Shown here in pieces: positions 20,549 through 31,640 of a stretch of 64,000 nt of DNA. The number at the start of each line of letters is the position of its first letter. The first letter of the stretch is position 1. The stretch is from Thermoanaerobaculia bacterium (GTDB taxonomy: Bacteria > Acidobacteriota > Thermoanaerobaculia > Multivoradales > UBA5704). The stretch lies in NCBI GenBank assembly GCA_036275055.1, contig DASUEN010000171.1, forward strand, positions 42,307-106,306. Reading direction: 5' to 3'. The notes under the pieces are model-generated. The model was not told the origin of the DNA. It was given only the letters and a program-made list of their open reading frames with translations, and made no database searches. The position numbers and the translations under genes were made by a program.

Positions 20549-21930
20549 GGCACCGAGTCTCCGCTCAGGGGGAGGACGGGGTGGGGCCACCCCAGCTCTT
20601 CGGCGATCGCCACCGCCAGGGCCTTGCGCGGCGGGTCTTCGCCGTGGTTCAGGAAGATCCGCTGCGGCGCCGCCGGCAGGGCGCGGCACCAGCGCAGCAG
20701 CTCGTCGCGGTCGGCGTGGGCGGAGAGGCTCTGGATCTGCTGGATCTTCGCCTTCACCCAGACCGTCTGGCCGTGGATGGCGAGCGTCTCGCAACCATCC
20801 ACCAGGGCCCGCCCGCGGGTTCCGGCCGCCTGGTAGCCCACGAAGACCACCGAGCTGCGGGGATCCCCCAGGTGATGGAGGAGATGGTGGACCACCCGGC
20901 CGCCGTTCGCCATGCCGCTCGCCGCCACGATCACCGCCGGCGCGCTCCGGGAGTTGAGGGCTTTCGACTGCTCCACCGTGCGCACCCGCACGAAGCGCCC
21001 CTCCTGGAGGGGATCGTGTTCCAGGGTGTCCAGCTCCTCGTCGTGCTCGGACTCGGCGCGCGCGTAGAGCTGGGTGGCCTCGATCGCCATCGGGCTGTCG
21101 AGGAAGACGGTGGTGGGATCGAGCCGGCCGGCGTCCACCAGGGCGGAGAGGTAGAAGAGGACGTCCTGGGTCCGCCCCAGGGCAAAAGCTGGAATCACCA
21201 CCATGCCGCCCCGCGCGTAGGTCTCTTCGATGACCTTGCCCAAGGCCTCGCCAGGATCCTCCTGGAGGTGGCGGCGGTCGCCGTAGGTCGATTCGAGGAG
21301 CAGCGCGGCCGGCGGCTCCGGCGGCGGCTCGGGGTCTTTCAGGATGGGCACCCCGTAGCGGCCGACGTCGCCCGAGAAGCACCAGGTGCGGCGCTCGCCG
21401 TCCGCTCCCTTGGCGGTGATCTCGACGCTCGCCGCTCCCAGCAGGTGGCCGGCGCGCACGCAGCGCAGCTTGACGCCGGGGAAGAGCTCGCGCTCCTCCT
21501 GAAAGGAGAGCGGCCGCAGGAGCTTCAAAACCCGCCGGGCGTCCTCCTCCGTGTAAAGCGGCTGCGGATCGTTGTGCCGGCTGTACCCCTTGCGGCGGGC
21601 ATAGCGGGTCTCTTCCTCCTGGAGCTGGCCGGCGTCCCGAAGGACGAGGGAGATCAGCCCGCGGCTGGGACCCGTGCAGTAGATGGGGCCGGAGTACCCC
21701 TGCGCCACCAGGCGGGGGAGGAGCCCCGTGTGGTCGAGGTGGGCATGGGTCACCACCACCGCGCCGAGCGCGGACGGGCGGAAGGGGAAGGGCTGCCAGT
21801 TGCGCCTCTCCAGCTCTTCGCCGCCCTGGTACAGGCCGCAGTCGACGAGCGCTTGGTGATCGCCCCACTGAAGGTGCGTGCAACTGCCGGTCACGACGCC
21901 GCAGGCGCCGTAGAAGGTGACGGTCGACAT
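20542..21930 (-). CDS. MBL-fold metallo-hydrolase, beta-CASP RNA-metabolising family
   Basis: ATG 21930 follows AGGAGGAG. MSTVTFYGACGVVTGSC...; HxHxDH motif THAHLDHTG; beta-CASP and C-terminal RNA-specificity region (SAHADRDELL). Confidence 0.85.
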   Translation of the reverse strand: MSTVTFYGACGVVTGSCTHLQWGDHQALVDCGLYQGGEELERRNWQPFPFRPSALGAVVVTHAHLDHTGLLPRLVAQGYSGPIYCTGPSRGLISLVLRDAGQLQEEETRYARRKGYSRHNDPQPLYTEEDARRVLKLLRPLSFQEERELFPGVKLRCVRAGHLLGAASVEITAKGADGERRTWCFSGDVGRYGVPILKDPEPPPEPPAALLLESTYGDRRHLQEDPGEALGKVIEETYARGGMVVIPAFALGRTQDVLFYLSALVDAGRLDPTTVFLDSPMAIEATQLYARAESEHDEELDTLEHDPLQEGRFVRVRTVEQSKALNSRSAPAVIVAASGMANGGRVVHHLLHHLGDPRSSVVFVGYQAAGTRGRALVDGCETLAIHGQTVWVKAKIQQIQSLSAHADRDELLRWCRALPAAPQRIFLNHGEDPPRKALAVAIAEELGWPHPVLPLSGDSVPW

Positions 21931-22078
21931 GGCTCCTCCTGGCGCGCCCGAGTCTACCACCGGAAAAAACCTGTCCGGGCCGGCACGATTTCTGCTATCA
22001 ATGGAGAGCGACCCTGCCGGAGACGCCGGCAGCTTTTTTTCGATTTTCACCGTCCCCGCCTGGGACATGGAGGCAGAG

Positions 22079-22468
22079 ATGTCCGATCTCAAGAGCGATC
22101 TCAAGGAAAGTGCCGATTCGGCACGCGAAGCCGTTTCCGATACCGTCGATTCCGCCCGTCAGCGGTTCCAGAAGCTGGGTGACGACGTGCAGAGCCGGTA
22201 CAAGAAGGTCTCCGAAGACGTCCGCCGGGGCGCCGAGCGCGCCCAGCAGGAGATCCGCCGCGGCGCCGAGCGGGCCAAGGACGCCTACGACGACGTCTCC
22301 AAGAAGGCCGAGAAGAGCTACCGCCGGGTCCGTTCCCAGGCGACCACTGTGTCGCGCGAGGTCAGCCTCTACGTGCGCGACAACCCGGGCAAGTCCGTGC
22401 TCATCGCCGCCGGCGTCGGCTTCCTCCTCGGCCTGCTCACGCGCCGGATCGGGCGGGACGACGACTGA
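22079..22468 (+). CDS. YqjD/ElaB (DUF883) family membrane-anchored stress protein
   Basis: ATG 22079 follows GGAGG. Repetitive charged helices end in a C-terminal TM anchor NPGKSVLIAAGVGFLLGLL. Confidence 0.8.
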   Translation: MSDLKSDLKESADSAREAVSDTVDSARQRFQKLGDDVQSRYKKVSEDVRRGAERAQQEIRRGAERAKDAYDDVSKKAEKSYRRVRSQATTVSREVSLYVRDNPGKSVLIAAGVGFLLGLLTRRIGRDDD

Positions 22469-22486
22469 GGACCCTCATCACCCCGG

Positions 22487-22612
22487 CCCTCTTCTCCCGC
22501 CCCCTCGCCACCCCCTCACCGGGAGAAGAGGGAGCCCCCGCCCAACAGCAAAAACGGTTCGGCTGGTCCCCCTCTCCCGGTGAGGGGGGTGGCGAGGGGG
22601 CGGGAGAGGGGC
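22487..22612. repeat. GC-rich nested palindromic intergenic element (REP-like)
   Basis: CTCCCGCCCCTCGCCACCCCCTCACCGGGAG (22494-22524) faces its near-perfect reverse complement at 22573-22605. The left arm also holds its own 12-bp hairpin CCCTCTTCTCCC/GGGAGAAGAGGG. Confidence 0.8.
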
Positions 22613-22683
22613 AGGGGTGAGGGTCTTGGGTGGGGGAAAGCTCCGCTTCAGATAAGCTACGATTCAACAAGGGAGACACCGAC

Positions 22684-22923
22684 ATGGAAATCATCGAGCG
22701 GGACTCAGTCGTCGACGAACTGGTCGACGAGCTCGTGCCGGCGGAGCTGGACTGGGAGCGGCTGGTGGTGACGTATCCGCTGCCCGCCCTGGCCCTGGTT
22801 GCCCTCGGCGGCTTCTTCCTGGGACGCCGCCACGGCCGCGAGCTCGTCGCGGCGATCTCCACCTTCGCGGCGGCCCAGGTCACCGCCAACGTCGGTGCGA
22901 TCCTCGGCCGGGAGCTGGGATAA
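22684..22923 (+). CDS. Small membrane protein (hypothetical)
   Basis: 79 aa from ATG 22684 (GGGAGA upstream), with high GC3 and one or two hydrophobic segments (LPALALVALGGFFLG). Confidence 0.5.
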   Translation: MEIIERDSVVDELVDELVPAELDWERLVVTYPLPALALVALGGFFLGRRHGRELVAAISTFAAAQVTANVGAILGRELG

Positions 22924-22958
22924 ATCGGGATCATTCGCAGGTCGAGCGGACAAGAGCC

Positions 22959-23888
22959 CTGCGCACCATCCTGCACATTTCCGACGTCCACTTCGGACCG
23001 CCGCACCTGCCCCGCGTCTCCGAGGGCGTGCTGGAGCTGATCGACCGCCATCCGCCTGACTTCGTCGTCGTCTCCGGCGACCTGACGCAGCGCGCGAAGC
23101 CCGAGCAGTTCCGGCAGGCTCGCGCCTTCGTGGACCGCATCCCCGTGCCCAGCTTGGTCGTTCCAGGCAATCACGACGTCCCCCTCTACCGCGTCTGGGA
23201 GCGGGCCTTCGACCCTTACGGCGCCTACAAGAAATACTTCAGCCCCGAGCTCGAGCCCGTCTGGCAGGACGGCGAGCTGCTGGTGGTGGGGATCAATACC
23301 GCCTTTGGCTGGACTTTCAAGGACGGCCGCATCACCCTGCGCCGGCTGCTGGAGGTGGAGAGGATCCTCAAGTCCGTGCCGGACGAGGTCTGCAAAGTGG
23401 TGGTCGCCCACCATCACCTGATCCCCCCTCCCAACTTCGGCACCCAGACCGTGCTGGCCAACGCCTACGAGGCGATCGACCTCTTCTCCAACGCCGGCGT
23501 GGACCTGATCCTCTCCGGGCACCTGCACCAGGCCTACATCGGCAACTCCGAGGAGTTCTATCCCAAGGGCCGGCCGCGGGTCGTCATCGTCCACTCGGGG
23601 ACGACGACCTCCAACCGCGGCCGTGCGGGCGAGCGGGAGAGCAACACCTGCAACTGGATTCAGGTGGACGGCAAGTCCATGGTGATCTCTCACCTGCGCT
23701 GGCACCGCGACCTCGGCCGTTTCGCCGAGCACAGCCGCCATTGGTATCCCCGCCAGGAGCTCAGTCCCTACACCCTCGACGGTCTCGCGCACCAGAGTTG
23801 GGCCACGGAGCGCCTCGCGGCCGGGAAGGAAGATCCGGTGCCGGCCACTCCACCGGCGGGTGATGAGGGCTCGGCGCCTGCGCTATGA
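22959..23888 (+). CDS. Metallophosphoesterase (calcineurin-like); the start appears non-canonical
   Basis: The track ORF starts at GTG 23028. However, the essential first motif ILHISDVHFG (22968-22997) is encoded in frame upstream, with no ATG/GTG/TTG before it. CTG 22959 would give MRTILHISDVHFG. Later motifs GDLTQR, VVPGNHD and VVAHHHL are present. Confidence 0.75.
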   Translation: MRTILHISDVHFGPPHLPRVSEGVLELIDRHPPDFVVVSGDLTQRAKPEQFRQARAFVDRIPVPSLVVPGNHDVPLYRVWERAFDPYGAYKKYFSPELEPVWQDGELLVVGINTAFGWTFKDGRITLRRLLEVERILKSVPDEVCKVVVAHHHLIPPPNFGTQTVLANAYEAIDLFSNAGVDLILSGHLHQAYIGNSEEFYPKGRPRVVIVHSGTTTSNRGRAGERESNTCNWIQVDGKSMVISHLRWHRDLGRFAEHSRHWYPRQELSPYTLDGLAHQSWATERLAAGKEDPVPATPPAGDEGSAPAL

Positions 23889-24213
23889 TCTCCATTCAAG
23901 CTTTGGAGGACCGAATGGCCGAAGAGCCCGCAGAGTGGGAAATCGTCAAAGTCGTGGGGACCACGGAGGAGGCCACCATCGTGGTGGGATTCCTCAACAG
24001 CAGCGGCATCGACGCCGAGGCCGAGTCCCTGCACGTCAGCGAGCTGCCGACGGATCTCGGCGACTTGTCGGAGATCCGCATCCGCGTTCCCCCCGAGCAG
24101 GCGGAGGAGGCCACGGCGCTGCTCAACGCCCGGGAGGACATCGCCACGGGCGACGAAGGGGAGGACTCCGGAGAGCCTCTGGAGGAGGCGCCGGGAGAGG
24201 ATCAGGGCGAGCC

Positions 24214-24217
<4 letters not shown>
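23885..24217 (+). CDS. DUF2007-like small protein (putative signal-transducing protein) with acidic tail
   Basis: 110 aa: WEIVKVVGTTEEATIVVGFLNSSGIDAE. It has an ATGA overlap with the upstream gene and a GTGA overlap with the downstream kinase. Confidence 0.65.
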
Positions 24218-26437
<2,220 letters not shown>

Positions 26438-26448
<11 letters not shown>

Positions 26449-27757
26449 TCTCGAGAATCCGCGCTTCCATCACGCCCATCCTGCAATCTTGGAGGCGCCG
26501 CCGAGCCTCAAGGCGCTCCCCGGCCAGGTACGCCTGGAGCGGCTGGACAACGGCCTCACCGTCTGCCTGCTGACCAACCGCCAGGCGCCGGTGGTGACTT
26601 CGGCCCTCTTCTACCGCGTGGGCACCCGCGACGAGCCGGCCGGCCATGGCGGCGTCGCCCACTTCCTGGAGCACATGATGTTCAAGGGCTCGGCCCGCTA
26701 CGGGCCGGGGGAGATCGACCGCATCACCCAGGCCCTGGGCGGCGTCAACAACGCCTTCACCAGCCACGACGGCACCGTGTACTACTTCAACTTCGCCGCC
26801 GACCGCTGGACCGAGGCGCTCGCCATCGAGACCGATCGCATCGCCAACCTCACCCTCGACCCCGAGCACGTGGCGAGCGAGCGGCAGGTGATCCTCGAAG
26901 AGATCGCCATGTACGACAGCGAGCCGTGGGACTCGCTGGAGATGGCCGTGCACGAGCGCCTGTTCGCGGGGCACCCTTACGGCAAGCCCGTGCTCGGCAC
27001 CCGCGAGGAGCTGCTGGCGACCGGCGGTGAGGCCCTGCGCGACTTCCACAGCCGCTTCTACCGGCCCGACAACGCCGTGCTGGTGGTGGCCGGAGACCTC
27101 GGGGACGAGGCCTTGGAGGCCGTCGACCGCACCCTCGGCCGCCTCCCCGCGGGAGCCGCCAAGCGCCGCGGCCCGACGCCCCCGTCCGTGCTCCCCACCG
27201 CCCTGGAGCGCCTGGAGCGCCGCAAGGGCGAAGTGGCCCGCATGTTCCTCGCCGTGGCCGCGCCCGCCGGCTCGCACCCGGACCACCCGGCCCTGCGCCT
27301 GGCGACCACCCTCCTCGGCGATGGCCGGACGAGCCGCCTGCAGCACACCCTGGTGGAGGAGGAGCAGCTCTGCGTGTGGGCCGCGGCCGACCTTTCCGAG
27401 GGATTGGACGCGAGCCTCCTCACCGTCGCCGTCGAAGTGGTGCCGGGCGTCGAGCCGGAGCGGGTGGAGGCCCGAGTTCTGGAATTGATCGCCGAAGTCG
27501 CCACCCAGCCCCCCGGCGAGGAGGAGCTGGAGCGCTGCCGGCAGATGGCCGTCGCCGACTGGGTCTTCGGCCACGAGAAAGTCCACCAGCAGGCCGTCTC
27601 CGCGGGCCTCGCCATGGCCCTCTTCGACCTCGAGCACCTCGACCGCCACCTGGACCAGCTCCTCGCCACCACCGCCGACCGTCTCCTGGAAGTCGCCGGC
27701 CGCTACCTGCGCCCCGAGAAGGGCGGCGTGGTGGGTTGGTCGTTGCCGAAGCTGTGA
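26438..27757 (+). CDS. M16 (pitrilysin) family zinc peptidase, catalytic subunit
   Basis: The inverted zinc motif HFLEHMMFKG is present. The start overlaps the kinase stop. Confidence 0.9.
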
Positions 27758-28977
27758 TGACCCTCGTCACCCCGGTCGCCGACGAGCAGATCGCCCGCTG
27801 GCGCCGGGATACCCCCGGTTGCGCCCGGCGGCTGCACCTCAACAACGCCGGCTGCGCGGTGCCACCTGAGTCGGTGACCGGGGCGACCGTGGCTCACCTG
27901 CAGCGCGAGGCCGAGATCGGCGGCTACGAGGCGGCGGACGAAGCGGCCCCGCGCGTGGCCGAGGCCTACGGGCACGTCGCCCGCCTCCTCGGCTGCGCCC
28001 CCCGCAACGTCGCCGTGGTGGACAACGCCACGGTGGCCGTCTCCCAGGCCCTCTCCGCCTTCGACTTCGCGCCCGGCGACGCGCTGGTGACCACCCGCAG
28101 CGACTACACCTCGAATCAGTTGATGTACCTGGCCCTCGCCCGCCGCCGGGGCGTCGAAGTGCTGTGGGCGGAGGAGCTGCCGGCCGGGGGCGTGGACCCT
28201 GGCTCCGTGCGCGAGCTCGTCCGCCACCCCCGCTGCCGGCTGGTCTCCCTCACCTGGATCCCCACCAACTCCGGCCTCGTGCAGCGGGCGGAAGAGGTGG
28301 GGGAAGTCTGCGCGGAGGCCGGAATTCCCTACGTGGTGGACGCCTGCCAGGCCGTGGGGCAGATGCCCGTGGATCCGACCCGCCTGCGTTGCGACTACCT
28401 CGCGGCCACGGCGCGGAAGTTCCTGCGCGGCCCGCGGGGAATCGGCTTCCTCTACGTCTCGGACCGCGCCCTCGACCGCGGCGATCACCCCCTCGCCATC
28501 GACATGGGGGGCGCCCTGCTCACCGGCCCCGGCCGCTTCGAGCTGGTGGACGGCGCCCACCGCTTCGAGAACTGGGAGTTCGCCTATGCCCTGGTGATGG
28601 GCCTGGGCGAGGCGGTCCGCTACGCCCTCGAGGCCGGCGTCGAAGGCTGCGGCCAGCGCGCTGCGGAGCTGGCGGTCCACGCCCGGGAGCGGCTGGCGGC
28701 CGTACCCGGAGTGCGGGTGGCGGACCGCGGCGAGCGGCTGTGCGCCATCGTCACCGCCCAGATCGCCGGCTGGGCCGCCCCGGACGCCGTCCGGCGCCTG
28801 CGCGCGGCCGGCGTCAACACCAGCTCCGCCACGATGGGCTACGGTCCGCTCAACGCCCCCGGCACGGGAGCGCCGACGGCGGTCCGCCTGTCTCCTCATT
28901 ACTACAATACCCACGACGAAGTGGACGCTGCCGTGGCGGCCATCGCCGAGCTCGCCAGAGAGGGGGCAAGAGTTTGA
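27757..28977 (+). CDS. Aminotransferase class V (cysteine desulfurase / isopenicillin-N epimerase-like PLP enzyme)
   Basis: ATG 27757 overlaps the upstream TGA. LHLNNAGCAVPP...; PLP-Lys region ATARKFLRGPRGIGFLYV. Confidence 0.85.
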   Translation: MTLVTPVADEQIARWRRDTPGCARRLHLNNAGCAVPPESVTGATVAHLQREAEIGGYEAADEAAPRVAEAYGHVARLLGCAPRNVAVVDNATVAVSQALSAFDFAPGDALVTTRSDYTSNQLMYLALARRRGVEVLWAEELPAGGVDPGSVRELVRHPRCRLVSLTWIPTNSGLVQRAEEVGEVCAEAGIPYVVDACQAVGQMPVDPTRLRCDYLAATARKFLRGPRGIGFLYVSDRALDRGDHPLAIDMGGALLTGPGRFELVDGAHRFENWEFAYALVMGLGEAVRYALEAGVEGCGQRAAELAVHARERLAAVPGVRVADRGERLCAIVTAQIAGWAAPDAVRRLRAAGVNTSSATMGYGPLNAPGTGAPTAVRLSPHYYNTHDEVDAAVAAIAELAREGARV

Positions 28978-30176
28978 GATTCCGGGTGAAGCGGGTGGAA
29001 GGCGCCCCTGTGGTGGCCGTCCGCCTCTACCTGCAGGCGGGCTCCCGGGAAGAGGTCCTTCCCGGCCAGGCCCTGGTGACCGGCCGCATGCTCACCGAAG
29101 GAACCCGCAGCCGCGACTGGCGGCGGATCGCCGAAGAGGCCGAGAGCAAGGGGATGTCCCTCGAAAGCACCGGCCATTTCGAGTCGATCGGCGTCTCCGT
29201 CGATGCCCTGGCCAAGGACTGGGAGCTGGCCCTGGAATGGGCGGTCGAGATCCTGCTCGACCCCATCTTCCCCGCCGACCGTGCGGCCTGGACGGCCCGC
29301 CAGGCCGCGGCCGAGCTGGAGAGCCTGGCGGATCAGCCGGACGTCAAGACGATGTGGGGATTCCTGGAGCAGCTCTACACGCCCCATCCCCGATGCCGCC
29401 CCACCCATGGCACCGTGGAGAGCCTCCTCAGCCTCACCCCCGGCGACTGCGCCGCGTTCCATCAGCGGTCGCAGGCGCACGGCATCGTGGCCGCCGTGGC
29501 CGGCGTGGTGGACGAGGATGCCGTGCGCGACCGCCTCATCCGTCTGCTCGGCCGTCCGGGCGTGGACGCCGAGCGCTACCCGCCGCCGTCGGCGCCTGTG
29601 GGCCTCGGCCCCCGGCACGTCGTCTCCCTCGAAGCGAGCGATCAGGCCCATCTCTACATCGGCCACCTCACCGTTCCCCGCCGCCATCCGGACTACGCGG
29701 CCCTGGAGCTGCTGGCCGTCGTCCTCGGCTCGGGCGCTGGGCTGACCGGGCGGATTCCGGCCCGTATCCGCGAGCGCGAAGGGCTCGCCTACACCGCCTT
29801 CGCGCAGACCGTCTCCGGCGCCGGCTTCGACGCCGGCCGCCTGCTGACCTACGTGGGCACCTCGGCCTCCACCGTCGAGCAGGCCGAGCGGGGCGTGGTG
29901 GAGGAGATCACCCGACTGGTGGCGGACGGCATCGAGGATTCTGAGTTGGAAGAGGCCCGCGCCTACCTCCTCGGCCGTGAGCCCTTCCGCCACGAGACCG
30001 CCCGTCAATGGGCCGACCTGCTCGTCGAAGCCGAGGAGTACGACCTCCCCTTGGACGACTTCGCGCACCGCAAGACCGAGCTCGAAGCGCTCGACCGCGC
30101 CGCCGTGGAAGCCGCCGCCCGCCGCCATCTCCATCCGGAGGCGCTGCAAGTGACGGTGGGGATGCCGGAGGCGTGA
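28974..30176 (+). CDS. M16 family peptidase, non-catalytic (no HxxEH) partner subunit
   Basis: TTG 28974 (TTGA overlap) or GTG 28986. M16 fold pattern, with no zinc motif visible. Confidence 0.8.
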   Translation: MRFRVKRVEGAPVVAVRLYLQAGSREEVLPGQALVTGRMLTEGTRSRDWRRIAEEAESKGMSLESTGHFESIGVSVDALAKDWELALEWAVEILLDPIFPADRAAWTARQAAAELESLADQPDVKTMWGFLEQLYTPHPRCRPTHGTVESLLSLTPGDCAAFHQRSQAHGIVAAVAGVVDEDAVRDRLIRLLGRPGVDAERYPPPSAPVGLGPRHVVSLEASDQAHLYIGHLTVPRRHPDYAALELLAVVLGSGAGLTGRIPARIREREGLAYTAFAQTVSGAGFDAGRLLTYVGTSASTVEQAERGVVEEITRLVADGIEDSELEEARAYLLGREPFRHETARQWADLLVEAEEYDLPLDDFAHRKTELEALDRAAVEAAARRHLHPEALQVTVGMPEA

Positions 30177-30280
30177 AGGGCGTCTCGGGGGGCGGCCTTG
30201 GAGCAAAAGGCAGCGCTGGTGAGACATTAGAGAGCCCTCATGGGACATTGCGGTGTGCTGTGGACGGGAGGAGGAGCGCC

Positions 30281-30385
30281 CCGCAATGTACCACGAACGT
30301 CCCCCAATGTGCCAAGAGCACGCCGCAATGTGCCACGGGCGCACCGCTATGTGCCCTGAGCATTCCGCAATGTTCCACGGAGGGA
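30281..30385. repeat. Five exact-phase 21-bp direct repeats with core CCGCAATGTGCCAC (iteron-like)
   Basis: Cores begin at 30281, 30302, 30323, 30344 and 30365. A further in-phase copy lies at 30428 (+63 bp) and an inverted copy ACATTGCGG at 30245-30253. Spacers between cores are not conserved. Confidence 0.85.
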
Positions 30386-30467
30386 CATCAGGTCAGGAGA
30401 GGCGCTGAGGGCTCCGGATGGAGCGCGCCGCAATGTCTCTTCGCCGCTCGCGAAGCGAGGAGAGGCG

Positions 30468-30878
30468 CTATTCCTTCGCTTCCGGGGAGGCCGAAAGCTT
30501 GCGGTAGACCGTCAGCCGCTTTCCGCTGCCTTCCTCCGCCACTCCGAGGACGCCGTCGAAGATCAGCTCACGCAGGGCGCGATGGAGAGAAGACCGTCCA
30601 GGCTCACGGTCGAGCACGCGGCAGACGTGGTTCTTGGTGAATTCCTCCGGTAGCTGGTCCATCGCCGCCTTCACCTCCCTGTAGAGCGACCAGGGTTCTT
30701 GCTTGCCGGCGGGCAGGGACGCTACGGTGGCCTCCGAGTCCTCCGGCTCGCCCTGAGCCGCCCAGAGCGCCTCCAGGGCCTGAGCCTCCGTCCGATGCGC
30801 CGCCTCCAGCAGCTCGACCCCGGCGCGCAGCCGCTCGTCGAGCTCGCGTTTGCGCTGGACGTACTCGGAATGTCTCAT
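30468..30878 (-). CDS. Hypothetical protein: N-terminal coiled coil plus C-terminal winged-helix-like segment
   Basis: 136 aa from ATG 30878: MRHSEYVQRKRELDERL...; the C-terminus NHVCRVLDREPGRSSLHRALRELIFDGVLGVAEEGSGKRLTVYRK looks wHTH-like. No family recognised. Confidence 0.5.
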   Translation of the reverse strand: MRHSEYVQRKRELDERLRAGVELLEAAHRTEAQALEALWAAQGEPEDSEATVASLPAGKQEPWSLYREVKAAMDQLPEEFTKNHVCRVLDREPGRSSLHRALRELIFDGVLGVAEEGSGKRLTVYRKLSASPEAKE

Positions 30879-31020
30879 GGGACAAAGAGTGGAACAAATA
30901 GGGGGATGGGGGCAAGGGGGGGCGCCTCTCGGAGCCGACCGCGCCTCCATCGTAGATTGGCAAGTGGAGATGCTGCCCGCGACGAGGAGGAAGGAGTAGA
31001 ATGACCGAGAGGATAAGCCC

Positions 31021-31212
31021 ATGAGCCGGAATGCTGCCAGGAACTATCGGAAAGAGATGCCAGGTCCTAACGACGCGACCTCTCCCACGCGCGTTGCGGA
31101 CGATTCGAAGGAGATCAGGCGCAGGCAACTCGCCGAGGTTTTGAGCCAGCAGGGAAAGATTGATTTGGATATCGACCCAGAGAGGCTCGTTCAGCTTCGC
31201 TCCGCTCAATGA
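31021..31212 (+). CDS. VapB-like antitoxin remnant (C-terminal toxin-binding tail recognisable, N-terminus atypical)
   Basis: 63 aa. The C-terminus GKIDLDIDPERLVQLRSAQ resembles the W/x-GDLDxMR tail of VapB antitoxins. An ATGA overlap joins it to the PIN fragment. Confidence 0.4.
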   Translation: MSRNAARNYRKEMPGPNDATSPTRVADDSKEIRRRQLAEVLSQQGKIDLDIDPERLVQLRSAQ

Positions 31213-31295
31213 TCCTCGTCGACAGCTCCGCGCTCATCGAGTACTACAGACCTTCCGGCTCAGCGGGGACTCGCACTGCTGTGGCGGCGGCTTAG
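31209..31295 (+). pseudogene. vapC: Truncated vapC (PIN toxin), N-terminal 28 codons only
   Basis: MILVDSSALIEYYRPSGSAGTRTAVAAA* carries the canonical PIN N-terminus (ILVDSS). It ends at TAG 31293-31295, exactly where GC content drops. Confidence 0.6.
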
Positions 31296-31296
31296 G

Positions 31297-31623
31297 CTAT
31301 CTCCTAGAGGCAACCCGCTGCAGAACCTTCCCGATTTTCTCCAAAGCCTGCCCGATCTCGCCTAGTAACAGGCGATCCTCTCCGGTAAAGACCTGTTGAG
31401 TGATAATGAGCGGTTCTTTGCGGGGTCTCCCTTTCCTTGCCAATCCTTCCTCCCGGAGCTTGAGGAAGACTGGTATGGCTTCCGGAGGATAGCGGCGTTT
31501 TCGTCCCTCTCCCTGGCAGGGGATGCGAGCCGCGTATTGACTAGCGTATTTTGAAAGAGTTGTAGCGTTGATGCCGGTCTTTTCGGCAATCTCTGTCAGC
31601 GTAAGCAACGTGTCCGATTGCAT
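31297..31623 (-). CDS. MerR/excisionase-type helix-turn-helix DNA-binding protein
   Basis: ATG 31623 follows AGGAG. LLTLTEIAEKTGINATTLSKYASQY...RKRRYPPEAIPVFLKLRE is a MerR-like HTH followed by a wing. Confidence 0.7.
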   Translation of the reverse strand: MQSDTLLTLTEIAEKTGINATTLSKYASQYAARIPCQGEGRKRRYPPEAIPVFLKLREEGLARKGRPRKEPLIITQQVFTGEDRLLLGEIGQALEKIGKVLQRVASRR

Positions 31624-31640
31624 GGCGTTCTCTCCTAACT

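Noticed and set aside
30245-30436. CRISPR array
   Set aside because: The period is only 21 bp, there is no repeat/spacer alternation of CRISPR dimensions, and no cas genes lie in the window. No other candidate array was seen anywhere in the 64 kb.
30008-30640. ORF whose translation of the 21-bp array gives heptad peptide repeats (APQCTTN VPQCAKS TPQCATG APLCALS IPQCSTE), which could be mistaken for a repeat peptide gene.
   Set aside because: The ORF starts inside the M16 gene in another frame. It uses CAA/TGT codons atypical for this genome, and its third-position GC is low. Conservation is confined to a DNA core with free spacers, so it fits a DNA-binding-site array better than a coding repeat.
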